Below are positions 61,587-64,000 of a DNA stretch of 64,000 bases, in pieces. The stretch is from contig JBBTVB010000004.1 of the NCBI GenBank assembly GCA_038063455.1, positions 75 to 64,074 on the forward strand, in the 5' to 3' direction. Within the stretch, counting starts at the first letter, position 1. Each line of letters starts with the position of its first letter. Position numbers and translations under genes: made by a program. This DNA comes from Patescibacteria group bacterium. GTDB taxonomy: Bacteria; Patescibacteriota; Patescibacteriia; PEXW01. Under the pieces are notes generated by a model. It saw nothing but the letters and a program-made list of their open reading frames with translations. It made no database searches and was not told the DNA's origin.

Positions 61587-63413
61587 TTATGCCTCGCTTT
61601 CCGCGGCCACTTCCTCCGCCGTGGCGCCCACTAACCACACCTCCTGCCAGGCCCGGTACTTGCTATCGAACACTTTGTTGGTGGTCTTCCCGTCTTTTAC
61701 CACCGTATAGGTAAATGATGCCGACCCGCCGTTATGCGCCCGCTCCAAGCGTTTTTTCTGGCCGGGTGCGAGGTCGGTAGTTTTAATGTACTTGGCTGGC
61801 GGCGGCTTGGTAACCCCAAAAAGTTTTGGGGTCGTGGTGCTGGCCACCCGACTATCTTTCGTGCCGTAAAAATCGAAGATCAGATTGTCGCCGCTTACCC
61901 GAGTTTGCAACAGCAGGGCGGTGGCGTAATCATTCTTAAATTTGAAGTCGGGCGCCGGATCGTAGATGGTGGCATCCATGCCTACCGGCGGTTCGTAGTA
62001 ACTCACCCGATAGCTGTGGTTGCGACGCGCAGTAATAGGTAAACCGGCATCCATGGCCAAACGGAACGCAGTGGTTGCCACTTGGCACAGGCCGCCGCCA
62101 ACTTCGGGAATTGTCCGGTTGCCTTTAATGACCAGCTCCGGCAAGTAGCCGTTAGAAATTTCAATGGGGGAGAGGGCTTGTACCAAAGAAAATTCTTCAC
62201 CGGGCTTAATGAGCAAACCGTTGAGTAACCGGACGGCATTGGCAATGTTCTTGCGGCGGTTGGTAGGGCTGCCGGCAAAGTTCGTCTTGCCCGTGGCCAC
62301 CAACTCGGTAATACCCAAGCTCTCCGCGCTTGCATCTGCAGACTGCGGTTGAATATCTTTGCTCACAACGGCCAAGGTCTTCGCTTTACCATCGACGAAC
62401 GCAGCGGTCATGGCGGCAATGGTTTGACCTACGTCGAGGGCGCGCCCCACTTGACCCGCCTGAAACTCCGTTACTTTGCCACCGACAATTTTGAACCGCG
62501 CGTCTTTCACTTCTACGTCAATACGCTTCTGCAACGTGCTGGTAAAGCCGGCCAGGCGCGATTCGGAAAACACCAACTGCTTCTTGCTGCCTTTTACCAA
62601 AAGCACGTCTAGGGCTGCGCCGGCTGCCGCGGCATCAAGTGTGGCGGTGGTGCCGTCTGGCAGGGTAAGGGTGAACGGCGCACGAGCAACCACGGCCTGC
62701 GCATCATCGATGTAGCCTTCCAGGTCGTTTACCTTCAAGCGGGGCTTGTCTTCGCCGCGCTGTAGCGTGACAGACGCAGGCTGAACGTTCTTCCACTGTG
62801 CCATGGCGGCGCGGACCGCTGGCTCGTACTCAAAACCTCGACCAGCCTTTTCTGGCGTCACCGTAAACGTGCCGTTTGCGAACTGCAGGTGCGCGTTCTC
62901 TGGCGGGTCATCTTTAGCGCCGAAAACTTTGCGCATCACATTCTCTACCACCACTTCATCGGTTTCGACGGCTGCGGCCACATGCTTGCGAAATAGCGCC
63001 GCGCGCCAAAATTGGGCGGCGTTCCGCACCATGCCAAAGTCATGTCCGTACGACTGTGCGCCAGCCACGCTCTGCTCCACGCCGACATCAACCAAGGGTG
63101 GGGTCAGGTCGCTGGTGGTAAGCGCTTGCTGAATAGGTACGGTGGTGGCCTTCCCATCAACCGTCACAACCAGCCCTGCCTCCACTACAGCATCGGCATG
63201 GCTCTGCAACAGCGCCGTTGCCTCATCAACAGTCTTGCCGCCCACTGCCACGTCGCCCACCCACACGCCCGGCAAAATCGTTTTGGCATAGGCCTGGGGC
63301 ACCAGCAACCCAACCGCCGCCAGCACAGCCACAATCCCAATTGCAAAAAGTCCGTCAATAACTAGGCGACGGTGTTTTTTTGACTTCCCCAGCAAGTTGC
63401 GTCGAGTGCTCAT
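61587..63413 (-). CDS. VanW-family protein with N-terminal anchor
   Basis: C-terminal GGGLCQVATTAFRLA..AGLPI..R.NHSY.V.YY is the VanW core. Confidence 0.85.
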   Translation of the reverse strand: MSTRRNLLGKSKKHRRLVIDGLFAIGIVAVLAAVGLLVPQAYAKTILPGVWVGDVAVGGKTVDEATALLQSHADAVVEAGLVVTVDGKATTVPIQQALTTSDLTPPLVDVGVEQSVAGAQSYGHDFGMVRNAAQFWRAALFRKHVAAAVETDEVVVENVMRKVFGAKDDPPENAHLQFANGTFTVTPEKAGRGFEYEPAVRAAMAQWKNVQPASVTLQRGEDKPRLKVNDLEGYIDDAQAVVARAPFTLTLPDGTTATLDAAAAGAALDVLLVKGSKKQLVFSESRLAGFTSTLQKRIDVEVKDARFKIVGGKVTEFQAGQVGRALDVGQTIAAMTAAFVDGKAKTLAVVSKDIQPQSADASAESLGITELVATGKTNFAGSPTNRRKNIANAVRLLNGLLIKPGEEFSLVQALSPIEISNGYLPELVIKGNRTIPEVGGGLCQVATTAFRLAMDAGLPITARRNHSYRVSYYEPPVGMDATIYDPAPDFKFKNDYATALLLQTRVSGDNLIFDFYGTKDSRVASTTTPKLFGVTKPPPAKYIKTTDLAPGQKKRLERAHNGGSASFTYTVVKDGKTTNKVFDSKYRAWQEVWLVGATAEEVAAESEA

Positions 63414-63622
63414 TCGGGACGACTGCTTAAAATGTCATTGAGTTTCTGGCGAGAATCATCACCCGCATCTGTCGACGACAACGTGGTGCCAACGCGTACA
63501 TCAACAACGCTAGCAACCCGCACGCCAGCGCCCAGTTCGCTCAATGGAACGTGTAGCACTTGCCCATCATCCAGCAGGACATGGGCTTGGCTCGTCTCAA
63601 TTTTTTGAACGGTTCCGCGCAT
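63410..63622 (-). CDS. DUF3006-like small protein
   Basis: MRGTVQKIETSQAHVLLDDGQVLHVPLSELGAGVRVASVVDV resembles the DUF3006 pattern. ATGA overlap with VanW. Confidence 0.55.
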   Translation of the reverse strand: MRGTVQKIETSQAHVLLDDGQVLHVPLSELGAGVRVASVVDVRVGTTLSSTDAGDDSRQKLNDILSSRPE

Positions 63623-63687
63623 GCGAAGGTATATAGAGAAGAACAGCGAGCCAGGCTCACCAAAAAAGCAAAATGAGTATAACGAAC

Positions 63688-64000
63688 CTACTCGTCTTCG
63701 TGCTTCACACGGACCACCTGGGTCTTCGCCGTGCGTACCTTCGGGATAGTAATGGTCAGAATACCATTCTTCATGGACGCATCGGCCTTTTCCGAAAGCA
63801 CGTCTACCGGCAAGACAATGGAACGGGAGAAACCACCCCAGTAACATTCCTGGGTGAAAAAATCTTCGTCGGCGACCTCTTGGTCTTGGTGGCGCACACC
63901 TCGGATAGTGACCAGGTCGTTGCTCATGGAGACGTCGAGATCCTCGGGTCGAACCCCGGCAACCGTAGACTGGATGACAATGTGGTCAGCAGTCTGGTAC
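63688..64000 (-). CDS. Hsp20/alpha-crystallin small heat-shock protein (5' end beyond window)
   Basis: ...GVRPEDLDVSMSNDLVTIRG...F.RSIVLPVDV....A.MKNGILTITIPK is the ACD core. The frame stays open to the window edge. Confidence 0.85.
   Translation of the reverse strand, partial: YQTADHIVIQSTVAGVRPEDLDVSMSNDLVTIRGVRHQDQEVADEDFFTQECYWGGFSRSIVLPVDVLSEKADASMKNGILTITIPKVRTAKTQVVRVKHEDE

Overview
This is a bacterial chromosomal segment using the standard genetic code; TGA, TAA and TAG all terminate clearly homologous genes. Lineage is not assignable from the window. A divergent 16S 5' end, very tight gene packing with many ATGA start/stop overlaps, and minimal versions of some enzymes are compatible with an uncultivated, reduced-genome (CPR/Patescibacteria-like) organism, but that is inference only.

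The GC-rich backbone carries housekeeping genes:
- RNA and ribosome: 16S 5' end, trmD, KH protein, rpsP, rnc, nusB, rpmF, rpsA, rplS, a CCA-adding enzyme, RluA and tgt.
- DNA and protein maintenance: smc, gyrA, ftsH, typA, ruvB, pepA and hsp20.
- Envelope: a Wzx/GT4/2x Wzy-like glycan cluster, SpoIID and VanW.
- Five tRNAs.

Visibly AT-richer islands interrupt the backbone at about 22.7-24.6, 28.4-29.7, 34.4-35.8 and 48.7-54.2 kb. They carry nucleotide-salvage, pyrimidine and unknown small genes. I found no CRISPR array, reverse transcriptase, integrase, transposase or recognisable defence system.

What stands out is non-coding and micro-ORF structure:
1. Several cassettes are bracketed by duplicated terminator/promoter or palindromic modules.
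2. A roughly 200-bp inverted repeat pair lies 11 kb apart.
3. A two-copy three-stem element shows compensatory base changes.
4. Tandem micro-ORF transcription units sit where rimM normally lies.
5. A Nudix-DNPH1-MazG-HD-Tgt nucleotide clean-up cluster is flanked by 61-bp repeats.
6. Two otherwise full-length genes each carry a single in-frame stop.
7. There is a tRNA-Ile with a UAU anticodon.
8. The SMC lacks a recognisable hinge.

All functional calls come from motif recognition by eye in the supplied translations. No database search was run.
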